Assembly: GCA_038087875.1 (NCBI GenBank)
Contig: CM075988.1
Span: forward strand, 16,928,001 to 16,992,000
Source: Malacoraja senta
Taxonomy: Eukaryota
Direction of reading: 5' to 3'
Length of the DNA stretch: 64,000 nt
Shown: positions 1-12,716 of the stretch, piece after piece
How the letters are laid out: each line of letters opens with the position of its first letter
How positions within the stretch are numbered: position 1 is the stretch's first letter
Position numbers and translations under genes: made by a program
Notes under the pieces: model-generated
What the model was told of the DNA's origin: nothing
Database searches by the model: none
Seen by the model: the letters and a program-made list of their open reading frames with translations, nothing else

Positions 1-504
1 ATGCGGCTAGCATGACCTAACGTGGTCGCGCTAGCCGTGCAGCCTCGCGGGGCCGGTCCCACTTCGATCGCCGGAGCTGCATGGAGTTGTGCGGAGCTCC
101 GAAAAACTGACAGTTCAAAAATTCCGCGCTGCAAAGGCCTGCCGGCCCACTGCCGCATGGAGGCCGCTTGCACTGCCTCGACGCCGCACGCACCGCCTCG
201 ACGCCGTACGCAGCGTCTCAACGCCGAACGCAGCGTCTTGATGGCGTACGCCTAGCGCGTGGCGTTGCGCGATGACGTCACCGCCCGGCGTGCCGTTGCG
301 TGATGACGTCACCGCCCGACGTCGTGCGACGTCCAAATTCAGTCGGCCCACCTCCTGCCCAGCTGATTGGTGAGTTTGATGTCGGGACCAGCTCCATACG
401 GCTCCGCGGTTGGAAGTGGGACCGGCCCCGCGAGGCCGTACGGCTCAAGCCCCACGTTTGGTCACGCTCGCCGCATGCAGTCGCATGCTGGTGGGACAGG
501 CCCT
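1..504. mobile_element. Foldback MITE, PIF/Harbinger-like, left end cut by the window edge
   Basis: Positions ~1-90 are the imperfect reverse complement of ~385-476 (e.g. GCCTCGCGGGGCCGGTCCCACTTC). The right end GTGGGACAGGCCCT is followed by TAA. Terminus shared with the elements at 1772 and 14467. CpG-rich and non-coding. Confidence 0.75.
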
Positions 505-983
505 TAAGATCGTTAGCGATAGGAGCAGAATTAGGCCATTTGGCCCATCAAGTCTACTCCATCATTCAATCATGACTAATCTATCTCTCCCTCCTAGCCC
601 CATTCTCCTGCCTTCTCCCCATAACCTCTGACAGCCTCTATCAGTATCCTCAGTATATACCATATCTGCAGTTCCTTTCTGCACAAGGACATATTACAGC
701 AGATGGTAGAAAGCCTTGACCAAAAGGGCAGGATTTAAGAGGCCGATTCTGCAGAGCGGATTAGTGAAGGGAATGCCAGAGTTTCAGGACTTGGCACCAG
801 AAGGCATGGTCAGCAATGGCAATGTGAGCAAATTTGATCAGGATTGGAGCAGTATTTTTCTGAAGGTTAGTAAGTTTGGAGAGGTTACAGAGTTGTGGAG
901 GCCATGGAAACAGAATGAGGAATTCTAAACCATAAAGCAGTTTAACCGGAAGATTGCAGGGCTAAAAAGAATATCCATCAGCA

Positions 984-1267
984 GGGCGGCACGGTGGCGC
1001 AGCGGCAGAGTTGCTGCCTTACAGCGCCAGAGACTCGGGATCGAACCCTGACTACGGCCGCTTTTCTGAATGGAGTTTGTACTTTCTCCCCGTGACTGCG
1101 TGGGTTTTCTCCGAGGTCTTCGGTTTCCTCCGTCACACCAAAGACGTACAGGTTTGCAGGTTTATTGGCAAGGTGTGTAAATTGTCCCTAGTGTGTGCAG
1201 GATAGGGTTAGTGTGCGGGGATCGCTGGTTGTCACGGTCGGTTTCCATGCTGACTCTGACTCTGACT
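984..1267 (+). mobile_element. tRNA-derived V-SINE (HE1-like)
   Basis: A-box TGGCGCAGCGG, B-box-like GGATCGAACC and V-domain GGAGTTTGTAC..TTCTCCCCGTGACTGCGTGGGTTTTCTCC. Confidence 0.85.
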
Positions 1268-1771
1268 GTGGACAGACCACAGAACCACTCAGGTGCAAAG
1301 TGCTTGGGATGACCCAAATCTATGACTTGCTTTTATAAATAGAAGCCTCTCTTCCGTTCCATTGACATGACAGACTGTATTGGCATTATTATAAAGAAGA
1401 AATGTGCATGGGATTAGAGGAACTCACTCCTGCTGATGAATGACTCTTGCAATTCCTGAGTCTTTTCACATTAATTGTACGAAGTTAAATTGTCTGAAGT
1501 TGCAAAGCAAGAGATGACTGTCCAGAAATTCAATCAGATAATACAACTGAAAATTGATTTTTTTTTCCAAGGGTGAAATGTGATAATAATTTGTTTGGAG
1601 TTGCTTTGCGTCACTGGGCACTTCAACTGGGCAATTCCTCGCAAGCCTCGCACTTCTGCCCCAACGTGACTTCAACCAACTTAGAGGGGTCTGTTAAAGT
1701 CTGGTTGTGTATTGGCCCCACTACACAGGAGCTCGCAGCTCATGAACAGACTAGGTGCAGAAAACCTTTTA

Positions 1772-2301
1772 AGGGGCTGTCCCACTTGGGCGACCTAATC
1801 CGCGACTTCTGGCGAGTTTGCCCTCGACTCATACTCGCAGCATGGTCGACACGAGGTCGTAGGAGGTCTTTGTAACTCTCCTTCATGCTCGGGAGTAGTC
1901 CTCGTGTACTCGAGGCCTCAGCCAGGACGCGGCGTATTTTTTAACATGTTGAAAAATGCCCGCGAGTAAAAAAAGGTCGCCATGGAAAGAATCGATACTT
2001 TTTTTACTCGTAGGTTTAGTCGTAGTAGGTCGTAGTAGGTCAGCATGTTAGTCGTAGGTAATCGAGGGTAGTCGATGGTAGTTGAAGGTAGTCGAAGGTA
2101 GTCTTCAACATAGTCGAAGGGAGGCCGAATGAGATCGTCTTCACTCTCCACTATTCGGTGTCCAATTTTCCCGAAGTTAGTCGTAGCTGGTCGAAGCTAG
2201 TCTTCAACATAGTCGAAGGAGGTCTTCAACATGTCATTTTTTCAAACTCTCCTAAACTCTTCTAAACTCGCCAATTAGGTCGCCCAAGTGGGACAGCCCC
2301 T
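1772..2301. mobile_element. Non-autonomous PIF/Harbinger-like MITE, 530 bp, complete
   Basis: Perfect 28-bp TIR AGGGGCTGTCCCACTTGGGCGACCTAAT. TTA on both sides (1769-1771, 2302-2304) is a 3-bp TWA TSD. Internal GTAGTCGAAG-type short repeats. Confidence 0.85.
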
Positions 2302-2339
2302 TTAAACTCTGAGAGAACAAAACGAGTCAGTGATAAATA

Positions 2340-2565
2340 GGGAAGGATGGAAATTGAGGGAGAGAATGGGAGAGAGAAAGCAAAAATAGCAGTGGAAGAT
2401 AGGGGAGAGAGAGGTGAGAGAGAGAGGGGGGGGGGAGAGGGTGGAGATAGAGGGGGGGGGAGAGGGTGGAGATAGACGGGGGGGGAGAGGGGGGGAGGTT
2501 GGAGAGGGGGAGAGGTTGGAGAGGGGGAGGGAGAGGGGAGGGAGAGGCATAAAGAAGGGGACAAG
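2340..2565. repeat. G/A-rich low-complexity polypurine tract
   Basis: Runs of G and GA. Confidence 0.9.
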
Positions 2566-3330
2566 GAGGATTAGTTCTACAGAAACTATCCCAGAAATGT
2601 AAAATGGAAACAGGCAAATCATATGCATATTTCTGAAATTTCAACATGACCAGCCAAGGTAAAAATAAAACTTCTCCTCTGTTTTATAACAATCATTTGT
2701 TGCCATTTCACAGAAATGGTGCTCACATTTTGAAATTGTGGTGCAAAGGCAAAAAGTCCCTTTAAAAAAAGAACCCAGCTGCTGTTATTGAGTTAACCAC
2801 AGCAAACAGGATTAGCCTTGTACAGATTATCAACACTATCACAGCGATAGTTCATTAATCATTGAGAATTTTAGTTGCAAAAACAGCCAGTCATCTGACT
2901 GCATACATGTTTAACGTGCCTTGTATAATGTATAATAAATGGAGTACCATGGATCTAGCTGAGAGAAGGCTTTTTTTTTTAAATATGGGAGATGGCAGCA
3001 GATGTACAAGTGTAAATGTACTGCCTGGAATATCATTAAACCAATTACAGTTTGATTACACCTCAGCAGTTAAGAGGGGTGCTGTTTCCACTTTCCCCAA
3101 CCCCTTACCTAATGCACCTGCCTGTTTGCGATGAGGTTTCAGGGCATAATGTGGGCCAAAGATGGTTTTGACGATGATGATCATTAACAACTCACATTTA
3201 TATAGTCCCCTTAACACAGTGAAATCCAAAGATGCTTCACTGGAGGGGAATTGGCCAACTGCTGGCACTGGGCAACACATACAGCTCCGTTGCGTAAAAG
3301 CTTAGTCAAAGTGTTTTTTTAGGAGTATCT

Positions 3331-3575
3331 GGGGGGGGGGGGGGAAGAGAGAGAGAAGGAGGGGGAAGAGAGAGAGGGAGGGGTAAGAGAGAGAGGGAGG
3401 GGGAAGAGAGAGAGGGAGGGGGAAGAGAGAGAGGGAGGGGAGGGGGAGGAGAGGGAGAGGGAGAGGGAGAGGGAGGGGGAGGGGGAGAGGGAGAGGGAGA
3501 GGGAGAGGGAGAGGGAGAGGGAGAGGGAGAGGAGAGGGAGAGGGAGAGGGAGAGGGAGAGGGAGAGAGATAGAGA
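3331..3575. repeat. (GAGAGG)n / polypurine microsatellite
   Basis: Directly visible. Confidence 0.95.
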
Positions 3576-3576
3576 G

Positions 3577-3958
3577 TCGCTGCCTCAATAGGCTATTAGT
3601 ATCATCAAGGACCCACACCATCCTGGCCACACACACATCTCCCCGCTACCTTCAGGTAGAAGGTACAGGAGCCTGAAGACTGCAACAACCAGGTTCAGGA
3701 ATAGCTACTCCCCCACAGCCATCAGGCTATTAAACTTGGCTCGGACAAAACTCTGAACATTAATAGCCCATTATCTGTTTATTTGCACTTTATCAGTTTA
3801 TTTATTCATGTGTGTATATATTTATAGAATGGTATATGGACACACTGATCTGTTCCGTAGTCAATGCCTACTATGTTCTGTTGTGCTGAAGCAAAGCAAG
3901 AATTTCATTGTCCTATCAGGGACACATGGCAATAAACTCACTTGAATCTTGAATCTTG
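3577..3958 (+). mobile_element. Rex1/Babar LINE 3' fragment
   Basis: Nearly identical to 36340-36724. Confidence 0.8.
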
Positions 3959-4326
3959 AGATTGAATTTTGCCATGATCAAGCAGTGATAACTATAAAAC
4001 AGAACGTGTGGAGGAATCTGAGGTTGGAGGATGACATGGATGTAGGAAATGGCGACTATGGGGGATTTGAAAAGAAGGAGAAGTTGAAACTCAAGACCAC
4101 TTGATTGAGAGGGCAAAGAGAAGCCATTAAATGCCAACTCCCTGGTTATGAGGGGAAAGTGTGAGTCCAGCCCCTCTCCTGGGTCAACGGAACAGACAAA
4201 ATAGTGCAGCACAAAATAGATGATCAGATCCTTCCGGTGAATGGGGCTTCAAGGTGAACACATCACAGTCACTGATGTTATCATTTGGTTGGTGTGTAAC
4301 AGTGTATGTATGTATCTCTCTACTTT

Positions 4327-4534
4327 GTGTTAAAGAAGGAACTGCAGATGCTGGAAAATCGAAGGTACACAAAAATGCTGGAGAAACTCAGCGGGTGCAG
4401 CAGCATCTATGGAGCGAAGGAAATAGGCAACGTTTCATCTGAAGAAGGGTTTCGGCCCGAAACGTTGCCTATTTCCTTCGCTCCATAGATGCTGCTGCAC
4501 CCGCTGAGTTTCTCCAGCATTTTTGTGTACCTCC
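4327..4534. mobile_element. Foldback (inverted) Penelope pLTR derivative
   Basis: Perfect ~74-bp inverted arms (~4363-4436 and ~4459-4531) made of PLE terminal sequence. 14-bp TSD TATCTCTCTACTTT (4313-4326, 4535-4548). Confidence 0.85.
4439..4466 (+). ncRNA. Minimal hammerhead-ribozyme-like motif (GUU variant)
   Basis: CUGAAGA-A-GGGU(UUCG)GCCC-GAAAC-GUU. An identical motif lies on the minus strand at 12927-12954. Confidence 0.45.
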
Positions 4535-6445
4535 TATCTCTCTACTTTACCAGGCAACAATGTTGTCGGGGTCAAAATGTATATTTTTTTGTCAATTGAT
4601 AAAACCCAAGTAATTTTGTGGTTTCTTATAAACCATAGCAAGGGGAGAAAACCTTCCAATATTTACATTCCAATACGAGCAAATTAATCTGGGGGTGTGT
4701 TGGTGGGGTGGAGGAGAAGTCGTTGATTTTGATCACTATTTTTTAGCAGATAGATATGGGAATGGCATACGAGGTCACGGGAAGGAAGGTCAGGCAGAGG
4801 TCGTCACTGGGAACTCAGGATAGTGCAGCAACATATTTTTCCCGGTGGCCTCGAATACACAACAGCTGGTGCCACCATCTCTCATTATTGAATCTCCATC
4901 AGAGAGAGCATCCAAATGATTACACAGTGTCCGCCCTGGTCTTCGGAACAGAGAGTGCTTCCATGCAGATACAAATCAGTGCATCGACTTGCAACACACC
5001 AAGTCTCTGAGACACCTTGTAATAAAGGTGCTTTCATTACCCACCATTTCCAAAATACTTATTCTTTATTTTTGGACCCTTCAGATTCTTAACAATATCT
5101 GAAACCAGTTATTTCCCAATGCTGTCTTTCAGAGAACACACATGATGAAAAACACATTTTTTTTAAATCACTAGATTGGAATCATTTTTAATATTGCAAG
5201 TTTTCATGAATGCAATTTACAAGATGCAGAAATTGAGCAATTCAATTTTCCAAACATTTATTTCATAATTACCTCTCCTTGAATGAACCAGATTACAGGA
5301 AGGTTTAAAGAAGATTATTTATGTGCACCGGATTGGGTACACAATGTCAATTTGCCCTTCATTGCAGTTTCATACAATTTTCATAATTCCCCTCTTGAAC
5401 TGTTTAAAGATTGTCTACAATACCACATCGGAAAACAAATGAAACTCCTAAATTTTGAATATCTCACTCGCTCCATGGACTAGGGGAGAGGGAGGGGGTG
5501 GAAATCAAAATCATCACTCTATGATTGACTATGGCCGTACAGTCATACGACATGGAAACGGGCCCTTCAGCCCAACTCCAACATGTACGATCTACACTAG
5601 AAACATGCCCCATCTAAACTAAAATATGCCTTGCCTACACCAGAAAGGGTATAGAATAGAAAATGAACTCCTTATACAATTTAGGATATTACAAAGGGCT
5701 TCCAGGCCAATTAAGTGCTTTCTAACCATGGTCAATGTGGTATTACAGGAAGAACACAAACTAATAAGCCCCAAGCTAGCTCCTACATACTGCAAAGATG
5801 ATTTGTTTTATTGATGTTGAAGGATAATCAGAAGGAATAATGTCCCATGCTCTTCTAAAGATAATGTAACATGGGATCTTGTCGAAGAGCGGAAATAAGA
5901 ACTTGGTTTAACATCTCACCTTCAAGACCACACATCCAACAGCCCTCAATAACATCCAAAATGTCCCCAATCATTGGTACTGGTTTACTATTGTCATGTG
6001 TAGCGACATAGAATAAAACGTTGTTTTGTATGCCAACCAGACAAATCCTACAATGCACAAGCATGTCAGGTAGAGCTAAATAAAAAATATATACCTAGTA
6101 CAGAATATTGTGTTATAGCTACAGGGAAAGTGCAGATGAAAAGAAAGTGCAAGGGTTGCTCAGAGGTAGACTGGAAGATCAGGAATTCATCCCCAGCATG
6201 TGAGAGGTCCGTTCTAGCATCTGGTAACGGTGAGGAAGAAGCTGCTCATGCATCTGGTGGTACGTGCTTTCAAGCCTTTGTATCGTCTGTCTAACGGGTG
6301 AGGGAAGAAGAGAGAACGGCCAGGGTATAAGTGCACTGAGAGTCTGGCAAGGGCTAAGAGTGTAAAACCGGTAGATTAAAAGGACACAAAAAGCGACGAG
6401 GTAACTCAGCGGGCCAGGCAGCATCTCTGGAGAACATGGACAGGT

Positions 6446-6473
6446 GACGTTTCGGGTCGGGACCCTTCTTCAG
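6446..6473 (-). ncRNA. Minimal hammerhead-ribozyme-like motif (PLE pLTR)
   Basis: CUGAAGA-A-GGGU(CCCG)ACCC-GAAAC-GUC with no convincing stem I. Confidence 0.45.
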
Positions 6474-8707
6474 TTGATGTTAGCTTATATGGTCATAGAG
6501 TCAGACTCATAGAGTCAGACTCATAAAGTCATGGAGCGTGGAAACAAGCACTTAAGCCCAACTAGCCCACACCAGCCAACATGTCTCAGCTACACTAATT
6601 CCACCTGCCTGCGTTTGGCCCATATCCCTCCAAACTTGAACTACCCATGTACCTGTCTAACTATCTTAGAGCTTAGCTGCTCTGTGCTACACAGCTATGG
6701 CGCAAACGAATCTTACCAGCTTCTAGCTCGGAGCTGAGAGGGTTATCACTGATCTACAGTTGACATAATGGCAAGAGAGACTTGGTGAAGGTGCTGGCAA
6801 CATGTATTTGAAAAAATGTAACCAGTTACCCTGGTCTAGAATGGACCATTGTAGAATGCATGTTTTCGAAAGGAATTGGATATAATCTAAAAAGAAGCAG
6901 ACAGAGAAAATGATCTCCTACTGAGCTTTAAGTCTTGAGGGTTGCCGCTGGACATTGCTTGTTTGATTGATTGATTGATTGATTGATTCGATTTCATTGT
7001 CATTTGAACTTCAAAGAGGCTCAAACGAAATTCCATTTCCACAGCCATACATTTCTTGGTGGCCTGATTGCAAAGTGCAGTGAGGGGCTGAAAGAGTCAG
7101 TGATAGTTAACGACATGGCAGGCAGCATTATAGAAATGCAGGATTGACCACAGGAAAGAGCGTGGAGAAGGCAGGTGGAACAAAATAAGTGAGTGGGAGC
7201 ACAAAGCGAGAGAGTCACGGGACAGGTACTGAACACTGCCGGATTATCTTCCTAGTGTGACACTGGGTCTCTTCCAGTACCTTGTATATATTATTAAAGG
7301 ATTAGTCTTCATCACCCCAGCTGTGCTCTGGCAGCCAGCCAGCTCACAAATTGCTAAAGCTGACTTCACACAATGGAGAAAAAAGGAGACTTATTCAATT
7401 CACAAAGACTCCAGCTGAGGCTGCATTCAAATTCAGCAAAGGAAAGGATGCGTTTTATCCCAGCTTCCAGTATATAACTCCAGTGGCGCAGAAAGAATTA
7501 CATCATCTGCTTTCTCTGGCTTTGAGCGTTTTAAAGAACATCAAGTCTCTGATTCACAGTCTAGCTTGTCTTCTCTTGTAGGCTGGTGAGGAAATGCATT
7601 TGCCTGAAGATTGGGTTTTACCCTTGACTGCTGCACAAAACTGCGGTGGATCTCAGTGTCATTGCCCTTCTGACTTCCCTGTACTAAACCACGACGTTAG
7701 CCAAAAGGATGTTCACTGTGGCTTCAGGCTCGACTGGGACCTGCACGGTTCCCAACAGGAACAGACTCTGTTGAATGCCCCTGCTAACAATCACCTGCAT
7801 ACCAAGCCTTCCAAAGGCACACTCCCCACCACAACCAGGAACACACCACTGAAGTTAGAGTGGAGGAGATGGAGGTGACAGAGAGTGAGAAATCCCCTGG
7901 ATTTAGTGAGGAGACACCAGCAACATAAATGCCACTGAGATCTGTGACCTCCTCTCTCCTCCGATACAACCAAGTATCTGCCTTCACTGCTCTGCCCATG
8001 GGAGATGGGTTCACAGCTTCCGAGCCTCAGGATTATTCTGGGCTGCTGCAGTCGATTTAGGGCACATCTCACAGTTTGGTGCACCATCCCCAATCCTAGT
8101 CTTCCTCCACTCTTCAGGCAGTGTTATCATGGCCATGAGGCTGCAACGTAAACTTCCCCGAACACACATACTGAAGGAGTGCATGCATTTCCTGCTAGAG
8201 GCCTCCCTGGCTACAACAGTACCTGGCTGTGTCTAAGGGCCTTTGAGAGTCCTTTTATTTTATTTTGTTTCTTTCCTCTGCCTTCTGTCATGGGGTGGAC
8301 TGACTGATTTCCCTCCCCTCCCCAATCTTTGCACATTCCCTATCCTTTACATTCGTCACTTTAATTTCATATATCCTGTATTTTTTTTGTTTTATGACTG
8401 ATGGCAGATCAATTTCCCTACTGGGATAAATAAAGTTCTATCGTATCGTATCGTTTTATTTTGAGATGGTGGCCTAAATTTTATGGAGTATTGTTGAGGA
8501 ACCTTTGACTAAGCGAACAATGACATCACCTTCTATTCTTCTAAACTCAAGGGTGTAGAGACTTGGTCTATTTAATCTACTACATACAACAAACCACCCA
8601 TCCCAGAAATCTCCCCTCTATTGCAAATCTATCCTTCCTGCGATAGGGTGACTAGACTTGTATATAATATTCCAGGTGCAGTCTCAGTCGGCCTTGAAAT
8701 TACCCTT

Positions 8708-8962
8708 TAGACTTTAGAGATACAGTGCAGAAACAGGCCCTTCAGCCCACCGAGTCCGTGCTGGCCAGCAATTACCCTGTACACACTAGCACTATCCTAC
8801 ACACCAGAGATAATTTACAATTTTACTGAAGCCAATTAACCTGCAAACCTGTACATCTTTGGAGTGTGGGAGGAAACCGGAGCACCCGGAGAAAACCCAC
8901 ATGGTCACAAGGAGAATGTAAAAACTCCATACAGATAGCACCCATGGTCAGGATCGAACCCG
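8708..8962 (-). mobile_element. V-SINE (HE1-like)
   Basis: Reverse complement of the V-domain and CR1-like tail. Confidence 0.8.
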
Positions 8963-9837
8963 TTGCTAAAACGTTCTTGCTATAACGGACAAGTAAATGT
9001 TTACCTCCCTAATTGCTTGCAATAGCCGCACATTATTTTTCAGCAAGCAGCTCTTCTTCTAAAGGGTCCCCACCCGAAACGTTACCTATCCATGTTCTCC
9101 AGAGATGCTGCCTAACCCGTTGAGAACTTCGTGTCAGCTTTCAGTAACTGTTGCACAGGGCTCCCACATACGTCCAAACAATATCATGTTTCAATCTCTC
9201 ACTATTTAAAATTATTCCAGCTTTTTATTTTACCAAGCTTCACAGGTTTAGGATACATGGGATTTGATGCAGACTTGGTTTGACCTGTAATCTTTCTTTA
9301 GCCATTCACTTTGATGAAACGAGCATGAAGAATATTATAAAATAAACAGTGTTGAATCACAATATTAAGTATTGCTGAGAGAAAGGACTACAGGCTCAAC
9401 AAGCACATCCACCTTTAATGGATTCATCCTACTTACCAGCTTTTTCACCATATCCCTATATCCCTGCTCTCTCCGGAATCTATCTAATTATTTCCAGAAT
9501 CCATTTATCCTCTGTTTCAATAATCATCCCCAGCAATGCATTCATCATCCCCTTTGGGTGAAAAGGTTACACCTGGCTTAATCTCTACCTGCTAATTCTA
9601 TATTTTATTTTATCTTGTTACACTATTTTTCATGAACCGTGTCCCTCACCAGGATTAACCGTGTCAATCCCTTAATAATGTTGAAATGATCACATTAAGT
9701 GAAGAATGTCTACCTCACTTGCAGTTAATTACTGTAGTGTTAGTAAAAGCTGTAGTCATTCTGAATATGGAGGGACAGTGTTAACAACAAGAAAATTAAT
9801 GATTAGTTAATTTATAGACTCGGTGATTCTTTTGTCT

Positions 9838-10098
9838 AGAGTTTAGTGATGCAGAGCAGAAACAGGCCCTTCGGCCCACTGCGTCCACTCTAACACTAGC
9901 ACTATCATACACACTAAGGACAATTTATAATTCACAGAAGCCAATTAACCTACAAACCAAACCTGTATGTCTTTGGAGGAAACCCACACCTTCACGGGGA
10001 GAAGGTACAAACTCTGTACAGACAGCACCCATGGTCAGGATCGAACCTGGGTCTCTGGCGCTGTAAGGCAGCAACTCTACCGCTGCGCCACCGTGCGG
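9838..10098 (-). mobile_element. V-SINE (HE1-like)
   Basis: tRNA head, V-domain and tail on the minus strand. Confidence 0.8.
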
Positions 10099-10109
10099 CC
10101 CATGTGGAG

Positions 10110-10340
10110 GAGCTCGCTCTTTTGTGGGGCACATCACTCTCTCTGCAATAACCATCTTGCGCTCCCACTTGAACGCCATTTTAACTCTCCTTCCCATTCA
10201 CAAACCAACCAACCTCGCCTTGGCCTTTTGTGCTGCCACAGTGAAGCCAAACACGAACTAGAAGAACAACACCTCATATTACACTTGGAGAGCCTACACC
10301 CAATGAATTTTCCAATTTCAGGTAACCTACACCCCTTCAT
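10110..10340 (+). mobile_element. Degraded Penelope-like GIY-YIG C-terminal fragment
   Basis: HFNSPSHS...LEEQHLILHL aligns to the endonuclease at 32911-33100. Confidence 0.7.
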
Positions 10341-10459
10341 TCCTTTTCCACTCCTACTCGTCCACTTATGTTCTCCCTTCCTTGTTTATCTTTCCAATCG
10401 CCAAATATAATTATTGGTAATAATTTTGTTTCTTGGGTTGCAAGTTATTTCCTTCAATT

Positions 10460-10975
10460 GTGGCTCTCTCACTAGTTTGCACCTCAAACTCAGAAGGTTG
10501 CAAGTTCAAATCCCACTCTGGACACTTCGAGCTAGATAGCATGAAAACAGGTCCTTCGGTCCAAACTTGTCCACGCCAACCAAGTTGACCGTGAACACTT
10601 TTACCAAGACTCCAGTGTTATGTTGAGAGAGAGAGTGGCACTGCTAGAATTATTCTCTATTGTGCAAGCTATTAAGACAAGGCTTACTCTGCTTTCTCAG
10701 ATGAACAGAAAAATATTTCCATGGCACCATTTCAAAGAAGGGCAAGGGTAAATTATGACCAGTGATCCCACTGACAATTAATCTTCACCTAATGTTACTA
10801 AAAACAATGACCAGGTGATTATCAGAATGTGGTTCATGGCAGATGGCCATGTATGAATTCCCTGCTGGATCTATTACATTATACCCGTGACTCTCCATTA
10901 AAAGTACCGCGTTGACCATAAAATGCTTTGAGAACATCGCAGGTAGTGAAAGATGCTATATAAACACAAAGCACC
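10460..10975 (+). mobile_element. Ancient DeuSINE (SacSINE1/AmnSINE1-like), diverged
   Basis: B-box GTTCAAATCC, Deu-like core CCATGGCACCATTTCAAAGAAGGGCA and 3' end GTGAAAGATGCTATATAAA. Recognised from my memory of the consensus. Confidence 0.6.
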
Positions 10976-11998
10976 AAGTCTCGCAGCAAATAAGTGTATT
11001 TAAAAAGATCATTTTCCAATTTTTTTTACTGACAAACAGCTGGAGGAAGAGACTGATATCAAAGCAGGCTGTCAACAGATTGTAATTACGGGGCCGAGAG
11101 TGAGGAACAATGCAAAAAGATGGCATTAGCCTGAGAGGCAGGTGAACGGAAAAATGATCAGCAGTGCAAACATTTAAACGAGGCAACATTTGCAAAGGAT
11201 TCAAGAGAGCAAACATGGAAAAACATATTCTGTTACACACGTATTTACCAAGCGGCATTCAGACTGAAGTACGGATTCCCAGCTAAGCTATCAATTTGTA
11301 GTTCCGGCAGAAACCAATTAATTACATACCAGATTTGCTTAGAAATATATCTCTGTTCAATTATTGTCACTGGATCTAAACTCTGGAACCCACTCCACAG
11401 CAACATTGTGAGATAACCTTCATGGAAAGTTCTGCACCAGTTCAAGAAGACAGCTCACCACCTTCTCAAGGCAACTGGGAATGATTAATTTTTGCTGACC
11501 ATATCAACGACCTAACAATCTGACAATATCATCTTTTAAAGAAAAATTAATTGATACTCGCAGGAGACCAAGTGCTGGAGTAACTCAGTGGGTCAGACAG
11601 CATCTCTGGAGAACATGGACAGGAGATGTTTCAGGTCGGGACCCTTCGTTAGACATGAATTCATTGCATCTTCCCAGATACTCAACAATTTAATGGACTG
11701 TGCAACTACTTCTCATCTTCCAATCAATATTGCAAAAGAATGATTCTTGAAAACTGCCCTTTCTGCATAGAAATGAATATAACCTAGATACACATTAAAA
11801 TTACAAAATCAATTGGCTGTAATTTCGAAAGCAGTTATATTTCGTTTAAGTCACATCTGAGAAGAATTAGAAGCTTCCTCAGATCCTGCAGGTGAGCGCG
11901 CCAGATGAGGTCTTGTGGGCATTTAGTTACTAGGACGGTTCAGAGATCTGCTTTGAGCTGCATTAACTGACCTCCTCCAAAGCACTTAGGGCAGTCTT

Positions 11999-12150
11999 AG
12001 GAAAAAGAAGAGAGAGAAAGAACAAGAGAGGAGAGAAAGAAGAGAGGAGAGAAAAGAAGAGAGAAGAAAGAGAGGAGAGAAAGAAAGAGGGCGAAGGAGA
12101 GCAAGAAAGAAAAGAAACAAAAAAGAAAAGAAAGGATGAAAGAGAGAGAA
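11999..12150. repeat. GA/A-rich polypurine tract
   Basis: Directly visible. Confidence 0.9.
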
Positions 12151-12716
12151 TGCATGTGCATCAACAGTGCACTTTTTTGATTTCAAAATATAGCAAAAGT
12201 CTTTGCACCTATTTAATTACTTTCATGGTAACACAGCAACAAGTTTGCACCAAGCAAGCTTGCACAAGCTGCAATGTGTTTCTGGCCAGATGGTCTGTTT
12301 TAATGATGTTCACTGAGGAATAGTTGTTTGCCAGGACACGAGGAAGAGCTGCCATACTCCAGTTTCATGAGATCCGTTTTTCTCCCGAGAGACCATGGTG
12401 TTACAGTTCATTCAGCGCAACACTGCCCCTAACATCAGTTGAGAGTGCTTGATCATCCGAGTATATTTTGTATTGAAGTCTGTGCAAGTACTGATCAGCT
12501 CCTTTTGAGCTGATAGGTTTTGTGTGTAAGGTATTCCGCACCATTTATCCTGAAGCCACATCACTTACTTCTAGATTCTCTCGCTCAGGGAACTATTCAA
12601 CACCAACTAGTCCGTCCAGCTCCAATAGTATCATTTTAGTATAGCCCCAATAATTGCAATATAATTACCTCTCATTCTTCTAAACTGCAAAGTATTAAAT
12701 AGTACAGGCCTAACCT

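Noticed and set aside
984..1055. tRNA genes at SINE heads
   Set aside because: A and B boxes are present, but they continue into the V-domain and CR1-like tail. These are SINE heads, not tRNAs.
2015..2235. CRISPR-like array in the GTAGTCGAAG repeats
   Set aside because: The repeats are irregular short units without unique spacers, inside a TIR-bounded eukaryotic MITE, and there are no cas genes.
4363..4531. DNA-transposon MITE or miRNA gene interpretation of the perfect hairpin
   Set aside because: The arms are the Penelope terminal sequence, the structure is asymmetric, and the 14-bp TSD does not fit MITE superfamilies. There is no evidence for miRNA processing.
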